Position numbers and translations under genes: made by a program
Source: Sarea resinae
Lineage: Eukaryota
Direction of reading: 5' to 3'
DNA: 64,000 nucleotides
Assembly (NCBI GenBank): GCA_026026165.1
Contig: JAPEUD010000006.1
Coordinates: 496,001 to 560,000 of the forward strand
Notes under the pieces: generated by a model
The model's database searches: none
Told to the model about the DNA's origin: nothing
What the model saw: the letters and a program-made list of their open reading frames with translations, nothing else
Part shown: positions 52,901-64,000 of the stretch, piece after piece
Numbering within the stretch: position 1 is the stretch's first letter
Layout of the letters: every line of letters starts with the position of its first letter

Positions 52901-55479
52901 CTACCGATGTCAGAAGGGCCGAGCGGCGACTAAAAGGCTTTAGACTTACGGGATATTGTTTTCAATCTTTGTAGTGGCCTTCCGAAAAATCGGAAGCTGT
53001 CGAAGCCGAGCTTTGACCAAAGCCGAAGTTTGCCGGCTCGATCGTCGTATTGCGGCATCGATGAGCTCTAGTGTATGGTCTTGCTCAAGGTCGAAGGCCC
53101 TGAACAAATGCTTACTGGAATATAGCCACGAGACAAGACCTCCTAAATCGTCTCCGAGAGCCAGTTTCAGCAAGGGCTCACTCGCCCAGGTCTTAATCAG
53201 TCCGATTGCCTGGTGACTTAGATAACTCGAGTCAAAGAGACCAGGCGATGAGCCTGGATCACGAGAAGCTAAGCACAGTGCCAGATTTTCGAGCTTCTCA
53301 TCTCCATGGTAGATGAGTGTGACGGGTAGTCTCTCATCAGGTTTAAGTTTTCGCAAGAGACCATGTCTCAACGGTATCAATCGCAAGGATTCTAGAGGCT
53401 CTCTCCGAGCCTTTTCATCCCATCGATCATGAATCCATTCCCATACGTCGTGGACCAAGCACTTCGTATCATCATTTTCGCCACCGCACTCGACGCAATG
53501 AAGTGTTTGCATCAGTGGCCAATCATACAGCAGATCCCCAAGATGACGGTAGCGGAGACAATCTCCGCTCGAATGGACATGTTTGTCAAGGACTTTCAAG
53601 CTTGAAGCGGAGAGTCTATCCAAGTCCACAGTCATTGAAGGCCTGGACCTCTGAAAAAGGCGAGCCTCTTCTTTGCTCCGGGGAAGATACTTAGTTGACC
53701 CACCTAAGGCACAGTAACTCCCATCACTCATTGGGAATAAAGGAAGTGATCCAGCATATTGGCATTGGTCGTCAGACAAGCAATATGTCAGCAGATCGGT
53801 CTTCGTAGCAGGTGAAGTGCTTTGCATCAAGTCGGATGTCTCTAAGAATTTCCGAATCGCAGGAGGCGTCAATAGAGGGATATGCCGTCCAGCACTCTTG
53901 ATAGCGACTCTTATACTCGATGGGCAATGGACTATTGGCATTTGAACGCTTGCCAAAGCTTTCAAGATTTTGGTGGAGGTTGACGCGGATGGGAAGAACA
54001 CTTTCGTAAATTCGAAGCATCCATGCCGCGAATACCAGACAGGCAGGTCACGATCAATGATTTGATTGACTACTGCAATATCCAGTACGTGCCACGGCTC
54101 CGTCGACTGGCCACTACACGTTGGCCAGAGACTGAAATTTTCCTCGGAGACTGCTCCCCTCAAGTGCAGTAGATGGGACCATGTTGAGGCTGCGCAGTCT
54201 TTGAACATGATAGAGTTCCATTTGACTGCGAGGTCATCGGAGGAGCTGGATGCGCTAGATGAAAGTCGTGCTCGGTCAGGAGCAATGCTCCAGAAACCGT
54301 GTATATGTAATGGCTGGTCTGTACGAATTGGGAGTCGAAAATACGAAAAAAGATGTCCTTCGAATCTTCTCTCTTCAGGGTCTTCTCCGCGCTGTAATAC
54401 GTTGGCATTAAATCAATCAAAGCTAGATCACGCATGGGATGTCTTACCTTCACTGGGGCGGCCATTCCAACACAAGGAAACAATTTTTGCTCCTTTGCCC
54501 ACTCATCTAATTCTTGATCGCCGCAAGACTTTCGTAATTGGTGGACTACAATGTACTCAGTTTGCTTTGTGGTCGCACCAAATGTGTGCTCCAATATTGC
54601 CTGGAAATTGTACTGGCAAAGGTTCTGCTGCGGCGGGTCGAAACCTTTATCCGGGGCGAATAGAGCTCGGAAGGCCTTGTTGATCTTTTCTTTTGCTTCT
54701 ATGACATCAGGACCGATAATCTTTGTAGAAGCAAAATTTTTAGCATCAACTCTGAGTCGCACGCTACTGACATGCCTTGCAAATATAATCCCACCATCTT
54801 CAAGCTCTCGCGCAAAGGCTGAAAAGTCAGCGACGATATCGGCCAGCGTTGCACTTTTCTTGACAATCTCGCTGGCTTGCGCCTGCTCTTCAGTTCGCAA
54901 CGGAATACGGATGATTGTGCCATTGAAAAAGCCGAAAGAGTCAAAAGAGAATGCCGAGAAAGCTTTGAGGTGGTTCTGCACTTTAGACAGTCCCTCGAGA
55001 TCATCTTGAGACTCCTCGTTGGTGCTATAGATAGGACCACCGACATATTCTGGTGGCAGAGATCTTGTCCAGCTATGATGAGGATCGAGAAGAAGTAGAG
55101 AATCCCCTGAGAAGATCGAAGGAGCATCAGTATAATGGAATACTGAGTTGAATCCCTGGCCGAATTTGCCGGTTGAAGTCGGGTCGTGAAGCTTGATAGA
55201 ACTACCAATGCTCGCTAATGATCCAAAATCCTCCTTTTGGAAGAGACTGTTGTTATAAACTAGAAGAGCGGGCCCTTCGAATTGACCGAGTTCCGCATGA
55301 AGCAACGGCCGATTGTCGTATGATCTGGTATCGAGAACAAATTCAACTTCCGTAGCTCCCGCATCATCTGCATTCTGAAGCAACTCTCGAAATATAGAGC
55401 GAGCAGGATAGTATTTGCAAATGTTCGCGATGGTGGTGGTTATCGATTGGTTCTGGCGAGCCGTGCCTCGGAGAGACAT
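46998..55479 (-). CDS. Sacsin-like protein: two GHKL (HATPase) sacsin repeat modules plus a C-terminal BTB/POZ domain; 5 exons, about 2750 aa
   Basis: Exons 55479-54448, 54391-52950, 52900-50569, 50516-48975 and 48902-46998 join in frame through GT-AG introns (8253 nt). Module 1: RELLQNADDAGAT..GPALLVYNN..GKFGQGFNSVFHYTD..IIRIPLR..LHIHGFW. Module 2: EYLANAEDCG..GAAIFVHND..GMFGRG..YHFTD..GTLFRFPLR..LPVSIHGSF. BTB: CDAIFSVSGKIIYAHRSILAIYSPY..FSGPW. Confidence 0.88.
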
Positions 55480-57145
55480 GATGCCAGCTCGAGTTTAGAT
55501 GCTTGGAACAAGTGTGAAAAGTGACTCTGGGTGGAAAGCAACAGAAAGGACATTGGAGATGAAGGGGACGAAATAGCACTCGGCACGAAGGTGAATGGCC
55601 GTATGTAAGTCATTTGGCATCTATCGTGAAGGGGGATGCCGCCGTCAGGTCACTGCCCCCACGGGATGAATGCATCTGTCAGGACCCTCGGCGGCTAGCT
55701 GTAACTGATTGACATGAAGAGGGCTCAAGGTGGGGGAGCTCCAGCGTCCTATCATGATCGCTTCCGACTGTCTGCCCCTGCGGCACAGCAACGGTGTAAC
55801 CCACGCACAGGGAGGATGTCCGGGCTCGGGGCTCTTTGCACGTTGTCCGAAGCATGATCAGGCTGACGGGAGGGAAAGCCTGTACTCTGTACGCTCAAAG
55901 GAGATGTATAGAGATATATAGCCCTGATTCGAAGGGTGGAGGGGCATTTGCCTACTATCATAGCCCTGGGCAGGTCTTTGACGTCTATTTAGAAGAACGC
56001 TTTGGCGGTAAGTGTTTATTGCCGAGAATTGGACCCTTAATTCCGAGCGCTATTTTGCATTTCTGGTAGTCACGTCCAGCCGTACGGCGTCCAACGGCGT
56101 GTCGCCAACCGTAGAATTCGAGACCTTGCCTTGATTTCTGCCAGTTTCCAGTCAAAACCCACTTCTCCATTGCAACCTCTCCAACCCTCCAGAAGTCTCC
56201 AAGCATCGAGATTATAATCTTCAAAACCCACGACAGGATCTTTGTCGAAGCAAAATCCTCCTATTCCAATCGAACATGCCTTTCATGTGGACCAAAGGCT
56301 GGGGCGATCGCCACTTCGGCGGCGGCATCGTCGTCGACAAGAACGGTGTTCGTCGAGCGCCCTTTCGCTTTACGCTGGGCAAGCTGAACTGTTTCCGCTA
56401 AGGAGGGCATGGCAATGGCTATCCTGGCCGAGCGCGGGAGAATGGTGACTACCTCCTCTGAGCGCAGGGAGCTACAGTCTTCGGTCTTCGTCGAATGCTA
56501 ATGTGCCACTTTTGTGCAGACGATACGATTTCGAGATGCGAGGAACGAGCGGCTTTGTTATAGCGATACGACATCCGATACGGGGACAACGGCACGAGAT
56601 TGAAAGACGTGCCTTTCACGAATGGGGTATGCGCTTAGGCAGACGGGCGGACGGGCGGACGGGCATTTGCAACACCTTCATATCGATGAACAGCACTCCT
56701 TCTCTTCAAGAGTATCAGCGAGATGATTCTCCAGTGTTTTAGCCGCTCTCCTTCTATACCCAATTCCAAATGTTTCTACCATCGAAGCCAAGCACACAAC
56801 TGCTTGTCGGGGCAGGCAATTCTTGCTTCGGCGTTCCTGGCACAGCCCCGTTAGGCTACTGACCCTGACGCAACAATTCGCGAAATCAGGGTCCGGAGCT
56901 TTGCGTCATCGCCTGCCGTCATTTTGTGTCAACCGCAACGCACAGACCAAGTGCTCAATGCTCTCCCCACAACTCCGAAGCAAAAGCAAAATCTCCGAAC
57001 TTTAAAGCCCAATGCGCAATCAACATCCAATCAGTCCCGTCATCTCAGCCGGGCCTACAATGACTATGCAATATCAATCATCTTCATAACCCTTCCATAT
57101 CGATTTCCCTTGCGGCAGCGAAACTGCCTGCGCGAAACTGCCAAA

Positions 57146-58110
57146 ATGCGCCAAATCTCCATCCTGATAATAAATCCCAACTCCACCGCATCCATGACCG
57201 CGGGTCTGGAACCATTAATTGACAGCCTAGGCTATGACAATGTAGTCTCCCATCCCTACAGCCTTCCCCTCAATCCCCATGCCGGCCCCAATTTGCCCCA
57301 TCACAGAACTGCAAAATTCCTACCCTAACACGGCGCCCACAGACAACCTATACATTCTTCACCTCTCCCGCCCCCTCCCCATCCAGCATCAACTCTCCCG
57401 CCGACGCCGCGAAAAGCACGACCATTACCCTCCCACACGTCCTGCCCCTGCTCCCCGCACATGACGCTTTCCTAATCGCATGCTACTCGCCGCACCCTCT
57501 AGTCTCGGCCCTGCGACACCACACCCACAAGCCCGTGCTCGGCATCTTCGAAGCCAGCATCAGCGTGGCGATGACGAGCTGCTCCCCCACGGAGAGATTC
57601 GGTATCGTATCTACAGGGAAGATCTGGGAAGCCGTGCTCAGCGAGGCGGTGAGCGAATTCTTCGGCACCAACTGCGCCGAAAACCGCGATGAGGAAGAGG
57701 AAGAGAGAGAGAAAGGGAACGGAATCAAGGCCGCAGCGCCCCCGTCGCGGTTCGCCGGCGTCGAAACAACCGGCCTCAACGCCACCGAACTGCACGCTGT
57801 ACCGGCCCCGGAACTGGCCCGGCGCATGTCAGAGGCGACGGCGCGGCTGCTCCGGCGCGGCCGCCACGAGAGCGGGACGGAGACCGGGCGCGGACACGGA
57901 CACGGAGACGCAAATGGAAACGAGACAACAGCCACGGGGAAAGTGAGAGCGATCTGTCTCGGCTGCGCGGGCATGAGCGGACTAGATGCCATCGTGCGCG
58001 GCGCGTGCGTGGCGGAGCTGGGGCCCGGAGAGGGCGAGAGGGTGAAGATCGTTGATGGCGTGCTGGCGGGTGTCGGGCTGCTACAGGGGATGGTGAGGAT
58101 GGGGCTGTGA
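57146..58110 (+). CDS. DCG1: Asp/Glu/hydantoin racemase family protein (Dcg1-like), one intron
   Basis: ILIINPNSTASMT, PSSINS, FLIACYSPHPLV, PVLGIFEAS, FGIVSTG, ICLGCAGM, IVDGV. Both catalytic-type cysteines are present. Confidence 0.88.
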
Positions 58111-58699
58111 ATCACTCGATGATTTCTTGCTCAATTGTGTACTAGATGTGCCTTCACGGGGGGGCTCATGATGCTAGCTTTGTGCAGGGCGATCTGGCTT
58201 CGCAGGGAGTCTTCAAGGGCGTTTCGGTCCATGGGATGGACTGTCTAAAAGTTGGCTTAGCGAGGGTTATGCAGACGACGATGGACACATCTATTCTTAT
58301 CAAGATGTCAAAGGTAATGCTCTACGGAGAAGTGACTCATCTGCGTTTGAAAAGCCTTGAAAGTGGCAGTGCTTTTTTGGTTCTAAGTTTTGATTCATCT
58401 GTTTCCATGCTAGTTCATTTTTTGCCTGCCATATCAGAATACCAAAGGGGTATCGTTTCATTATCGTATCGTATCATGCCCCGCCATCCATGCCACCAGT
58501 CAACAGTACGCCGCCACAAGCGCCATATTGGGACAATAGGAGATCAAAACGCCAGGAGATTGGGAGAAAGACACTCGGATGCAGTCATGCAAGGACCAAG
58601 CCAAGGCCCGAAGTCGTTCGCCAAAGCCTGGAAATCAAGCGTGCTGTGCACATGCCAAGGACTAGGAAAGATCGGGTTCGATGAGCAGCAGAAGCACGC

Positions 58700-61069
58700 C
58701 TAGTGACCAGAAGACGACTGCTGCGACTGTTGCGGGTCCTGCGCCGACGAAGACGCCACGTCAGGCCTATTATTGCCCCCACCGATCTCGTCCTCGTCCT
58801 CATCCACAGGCAGCCCGTGCAATTGCCTCAAACAGCGATTCTCGCTCCTCAACTCAGCCATAGCACGAATGATGTTCTCGTCGACCTCAGATGCAGCACG
58901 ATGCGCAAGCCGGATGTTTTCGGCGAGGCTGCCCAGACGACCCTGCCAGTCTGCGTGCTCGAGACGCAAAGCCAGACATTCCTGGCGTTCGGCAGCTAAT
59001 TGATCGTTGTAACGGGTGTGGATGGCCAGGGTTTCCTGGGTCTGGTTATAGACGTAGGAACGAATCATGTCCATGACGCGGCCGAGGGCATTTTCGTAGG
59101 TACCGTGTAGAGACGCCATTTCCTCGTTCTCATAGTTGAGTTGCGCGACTTCGCGTTCTTTGGCGGCGAGGCGGGCTTCTAGGTCTGCGATGCGAGCGGA
59201 GCCTGCTTGTAGTTAGTCAGAGGCCAAGAGAACGCAATCAGGTAACGCGAACTTACTATTCATCTCACCATTGACCTGCTGTAAGGCCGGCGGCGCACCT
59301 TCGGCAGTAGCACGAGTCTATGTAGTCGTGGTAAGCAAGCATGCCAATTGTCAAGGAACTAGGAAACCTCGTACCCTCAGCTCATCCACTCGACTCACGA
59401 TGTGCTGTGTTTGGGCACGATTGTTGTCCAAGACAGTGCTCAGTTCCTGAACGGTGTTCCAAAGGTGATTCAGATCCATCTGATGCCCAGCGTTGGTGGG
59501 GAAGCCGCCCATGCCGGCCATGGCACCAACACCATTGACTTGAGCATGCTGCGATGGCGCCGGAGAGACGGGGGCCCGAGGCAGCTGGTTGATGTTATTG
59601 GGCATCCCTGGGGAAGGCGAATCCAAGAACGAGGGGAAGTTCATCGACATGCCGTCGGTGGTGGAACGACGGAGCGTGGTACGGACCGCGGGTGAAAAGT
59701 CGTCGTCCTCTTCGACGTGAGAGATCTCGTTGCTGCGGCGGCGCCCTGGACGAGGTAGGCCTTTACCGCCTGAGGGAGGGGGAGTTGGCGGCGTAATGAT
59801 GAACTTCGGCAGTTCCAGCTGACCGGCCGGGAGGTTTCGATTGGAATTCTTGGTTGATGCTGAGTTGTGACCTGGACCTGAGCCAGCCGAGCCAGGGATT
59901 CGATACAGGCCGGATCCAGTCGAGGAAAGATTGAGGACGGTCTCGACGGAGGAGCTGGATTCGGTGGAGGCGTTGGAGCCAGTGCGATGGCGAAAGACGG
60001 TGGTCGATTGATCGGTGTTCTCCTTCTCCTTGGTCGAATGCTTGCCAGAGGTGGAGGTCTTGTCCGAGTTCAATTGGGCATAGTAGCGACGTGAAGCTGC
60101 GGACGAGGGTGAGGATGAGGATGAGGATCCCTTGGGCTGGTCCGTGCTGATTCTGGCCGTAACCGAACCAGGCGGAAGAGTACCGCGGCGATCTCCTTCA
60201 CTCTGCACAGCTGGAGCTCCAGGCACCACTCCAGAAGGTCCAGGCGCTGAAGCCGAGGAGCTTGATGGTCCTGATGGTCCTGATGATGATGATGATCCGG
60301 TTGAACCTGGGGGCCTCGACCGACGGTAACAATGACCGTCTCCCGCGCATCTCGGACTTCCGCAGAAGGGGCATTGGATGATGATCTCCGGCCAATTGAA
60401 AGCATCGTCACTCAGGTCAACATCCTCATTATCTTCATCGTAATTAGGAAACGAATCCTTTGGCGTGTTGCCTGCGCCCGTGGTCTGAGCTGAAGGAGCT
60501 CCATCGAACTGGTTGCCCGTGAGGTCGTCAGCCCATTCGACGTGGCGTACCCGGAGTCCCTCATCACTGTCGTTATCATCATGATGATGATGATCATCAT
60601 CATCATCCGTGGCGCGCTGTTTGCCCATGTCTTTAGCTGGATGACCTTCCTCATACTCTTGGTAGTCCGGGAACGACTCCATTCCACTTTCACCTGTGGT
60701 TTTCGAGTACGGAGCGCCATTGTCTGAGTCGGCTGTGGTTGCGTCGGCGAACTCAACATGGCTAACAGTGTACTCGTCATCGTCGGCCAAGAGCGCGGGC
60801 TGCTTGTCTTTGCTTTCGTCTTTGGATTGGAGATCTTCATCATACTCTTGGTAGTCAGGGAAGGCCTCAATTCCACCGTCATCCACGGTCGCGGACGATG
60901 GAGTGCCCGTGTCTGCATCAGCTGGGGTCTCACTGGCAAATTCAACATGGCTGACGCTGGCTTCCATGTCATCGTCGGCTTCGGCGGCCAGCTGTTTTGC
61001 TTTCCCACTATCCTCCATCTGATAGCCTTCCGTCTCAGCAGCGGCGTCGGTGCTTGAAGGCGTCGCCAT
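58700..61069 (-). CDS. Coiled-coil protein resembling the STRIPAK small coiled-coil subunit (Far3/SCI1/SipB-like), with a long in-frame acidic, repeat-containing N-terminal region; true start uncertain
   Basis: Conserved-looking core FPTNAGHQMDLNHLWNTVQELSTVLDNNRAQTQHIV|..|..ASLHGTYENALGRVMDMIRSY..AAERQECLALRLEH..ELRSENRCLRQL, with two GT-AG introns near 59.2-59.37 kb. The family assignment is from recalled similarity only. Confidence 0.55.
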
Positions 61070-61598
61070 CTCTGAAGCTGATGTCTCGAATCGTATTGAT
61101 GAACTGAAATAGGGTGTCTTCCGAATCGAGCAAGAGAGAGAGAGAGAAAGAGTGCGTGTCTTTAGCTAGGCAGCGCAGGCGTTCACAGGTTCACAGAAGG
61201 ACTGCTCAAGCTACTATTTCACGGCGAATCACGGTTCACGATCTATGCCCTAATGATCTCGCGGCAGAGCGATGGCGATGCGATTTCTCTGTGTTGCGAT
61301 TGGGTTAGATCCCATCAAGAGCTTCATGCCCGGTTTGGCGGCCCGAACGAAGGCAAACAAGATATAGCACAAGTGGGTATCATCGAGATCTAAGTCCCTC
61401 ATCCGCTCTAGGACGCCAACACATTTCCCCAGGACGCGCCTTCCTACCCTAATCGAGATCTATGAGATCGATCTCCAAAGGCGAGTTTGGGTATCAATCT
61501 GTCATTACACTTAGAACGCCAACACATTCCCTCAGAACGCCGTCGTGCCTTCCCAATCAGGGGATACGAGATCGATCTCCGGAAAGCATATGTTCTTG

Positions 61599-62734
61599 CT
61601 ATCTGCCCCCCAATAAAACCGCCAGCTTCCCCTCCTCGCTCTCCAGCTCCACAAAGACATCCTCCCTCCCCTTTGTGCTCTCCTTCAAGCCTCCAATTCC
61701 CTCTGCAACCTTGGCCATGAGAATCCTCATCTTGGTCAACTCCTGCTGTAATTCTCCGTCCCTCGTAACAAGATTCGGCTGGATGTTCTCTTGCGGGTTC
61801 TCGAAGGGCTCGAGAAGCTGTTGTAGTTGCTTGTAACGAGCCAATTTCTGCTGCATTTCCTGTCGTCGCGCAGCGAGCTCCGTGAGTCGTGTCTGTAGCT
61901 CCTGATATCTGTAGATCAAGAAACAACGTCAACATGAAGATTTCTCCAGAAATATATAAGAAGCGGAAAGAGAAAAGGAAAGCCCACCTCTCAATGTCTT
62001 CCCCATCTCCTTCCTCATCTTGGGGCCACTCTGGCGGCAACGCAGCAATGACCCTATTCCAACGTCAAGCATCAACCCGATATCCCCTTCTAAAAGCCGC
62101 TATCCACGCAAGGTACGGGAGACCTACTCATTTTTCCTCAAATCCGCATCCCTCCTCAGCCCGCTCTCCCGGCCGTCCATCTCGTCCTCAGGAGCCCCAG
62201 CAGCCCAATACAGCGCATCGATCTGTTCCGCCACGTGCCGCAGCGCCTCAGAGGAATAGGCAGCTCTATTATGCCGTCGGACAATCGCGTTCACTATTTC
62301 TAGCCGTACCCGTTCGGAACATGTCAGCTGAGAGCTCTCGTAAATTACACATTTTTTGAATTGTCGGACCGGGAGCCATCCTCTGGCAAACTAATCTAAT
62401 CCATGGCTTTTGGCAAGCCCTAATGTCGACAGATCCACTTCAAGAGAATCTTGAAGGCGGGACCTTATGATGGCGGGCCGATGCGGGGCGGGGGTGGAGG
62501 CATGAACGCACGTTTCATAACGACCTCCCGAACGACCTTATCACCAATTTCCCTCCGCCTTCCCCTCCCTCTTCTTCCGTCTTCTTCTTCATCATCATCC
62601 TCTTCGTCCTCCCAATCCACCCTATCCCTCCAACCCGAGGGCGGTTCGAGCCCCTGATTCAAGATCCGCACCTGGCTGCGCAAGAAGCGCTGCTTGACGT
62701 CTATGACCGTGTCCGTCGCGCGCGCCGTTGCCAT
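61599..62734 (-). CDS. FTA4: Kinetochore Sim4-complex subunit Fta4-like, multi-exon
   Basis: VKQRFLRSQVRILNQGLEP, LNAIVRRHNRAAYSSEALRHVAEQIDALYW, LPPEWP, LLEPFENPQENIQPNLVTRDGELQQELTKMRILM. Confidence 0.82.
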
Positions 62735-62926
62735 TCTAGGGGCTATGTTGTGCGTATTGCCGAGATGAGTATGACCGTCTGTTTTGCTTTTTGATCGGAT
62801 GCGGTTCGTCTGATGGGTCGAGATGAGTGACGCCCTGGAGATCTTGTTCCCTACGCTCTGGGTTGGTGGGGTTGAACGTGGTGATGCACGTCTCTGTTGC
62901 CCGATTTCGTACCTTAGGGTTGGGAG

Positions 62927-62932
62927 ACGCGT
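62927..62932. promoter_or_regulatory. MCB box upstream of the Fta4-like gene
   Basis: ACGCGT about 190 bp upstream of the ATG, with further CGCG cores at 62937-62976. Confidence 0.4.
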
Positions 62933-63665
62933 ATTCTCGCGGTACGAACACAGTATCGTGGCAAGCGCGAAGCGCGTGGCTTGGTAATACGGAGTACGTA
63001 CAGTATGACATCCACCCAATGCGTCCCTTACTCCCGGAGACAGAAATCTCACGTTTTCCCCGAGGGGACCTCTCTGCTTGGCGATATCATTATTGCAGAA
63101 CCATCTGCAGGTGGTCAAGATCAAGCATCTCCAAAGGCCCCCGAGGATGGAGCCAGAGCGTCCCACATGATTGTAGTATCGGATGTACAGATTATCTCCG
63201 CTACTGCAAATCGACTACTTGGGGACGACTTCAGGGGTTACGCACAACACCGATAGGCCCTTCCGGGTCTCAAGCACGGGGATCTCAAAAAAGAATTTCA
63301 ATACTCCCATAAAGGAAGCGGTGCTATTCTTACTCGAGACCATGTTCAGAATGTGCTATGCTTGCAGACGGGCAGACTTTCGTTCTTTGTGACGATCGAC
63401 TATGAAGGACTTCGTATAAAACTCTGGCTGCAAGCTCAACGCCTTACAGGGTATAAGAGACCGGAAGTTAGAACACAGAAATACAATCAATCTAGTCTGT
63501 ATGCCGGTCTGCCTTGAGAGAGTACTCCCACTTGCTTGTCAAGCACCTCGACATCCCAGCTACCCCCTTTCCACGGCTTGCTAACAAAAGGAAACCAATG
63601 CTACCCCGAAGTTCAACAAGCAAACTAGGCCGGTCTAGCAAGGGAGAGATAGAGGTGGGTGCTCC

Positions 63666-64000
63666 CTACAACGCAGCCACGATTCCCAGGATACCGACCA
63701 CGCCAGCAGCCGCCGCAGCAAGACCGCCCGTCGGCTGCGCGGGAGCGAATCCAGCGGCCTTGCTGCTCGATGTCTTGGCCGCCGCAGCAGCAGTGGCGCC
63801 AGAGGTCTTAGTAGCACTAACAACTCCGAAGCTCTTGCTCACTTGGCTGTTATTCTTATCCGCGATCTTCGATACCTGAGCGCCGATCTTCGACTCTGCT
63901 GACGACAGGCCGGCGGAGTACTTGGAACCCGTTTCGGTCTCGAGAGCGGTCACCATGGCCGACGCCTCGGACAGGATGCTGGACCATGTCGGCCCGATCT
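63666..64000 (-). CDS. Ser/Thr/Ala-rich GPI-anchored cell-wall or membrane protein, 3' part (runs off the right edge)
   Basis: The C-terminus SSSKAAGFAPAQPTGGLAAAAAGVVGILGIVAAL* has a small-residue omega region followed by a hydrophobic tail. Confidence 0.75.
   Translation of the reverse strand, partial: IGPTWSSILSEASAMVTALETETGSKYSAGLSSAESKIGAQVSKIADKNNSQVSKSFGVVSATKTSGATAAAAAKTSSSKAAGFAPAQPTGGLAAAAAGVVGILGIVAAL

Noticed and set aside
46998..55479. Five separate genes or a frameshifted pseudogene, as the ORF track suggests
   Set aside because: Canonical GT-AG introns of about 50-70 nt join all pieces in frame.
40000..57100. Possible Starship or other transposon carrying the dynamin and sacsin genes
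   Set aside because: No tyrosine-recombinase captain, transposase, terminal repeats or target-site duplication could be seen in the window.

Overview
This is a eukaryotic window from a filamentous ascomycete (Pezizomycotina; inferred from short GT-AG introns with CTRAC branch sites and fungal-type orthologues). It holds about 20 protein genes, nearly all spliced, and one intron-containing tRNA-Thr(CGT). Most genes are conserved housekeeping genes: a LaeA-like methyltransferase (partial), UBR7, MCM2, an AKR7-like reductase, an EamA/DMT transporter, ARP2, PMI40, SGF29, dynactin p25, ARF6, SSN3/CDK8, an MFS sugar transporter, PRM10, a DCG1-like racemase, a Far3/SCI1-like coiled-coil protein, Fta4 and a GPI-anchored protein (partial). 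The most unusual block is 41.2-55.5 kb: an Mx-like dynamin GTPase, an intronless F-box gene and a ~2750-aa protein with two sacsin-type GHKL ATPase modules and a C-terminal BTB domain. This is a candidate fungal defence or ubiquitin-ligase module, but the functional link is inference only. Other notable items are a ~60-aa acidic tandem repeat with a Cys/His motif in frame with the Far3/SCI1-like gene, a recurring intergenic TACGGAGTA motif, a 26-bp perfect palindrome upstream of the dynamin gene and a 532-nt SGF29 intron containing a hairpin. All calls come from manual reading and recalled motifs; no database searches were run.
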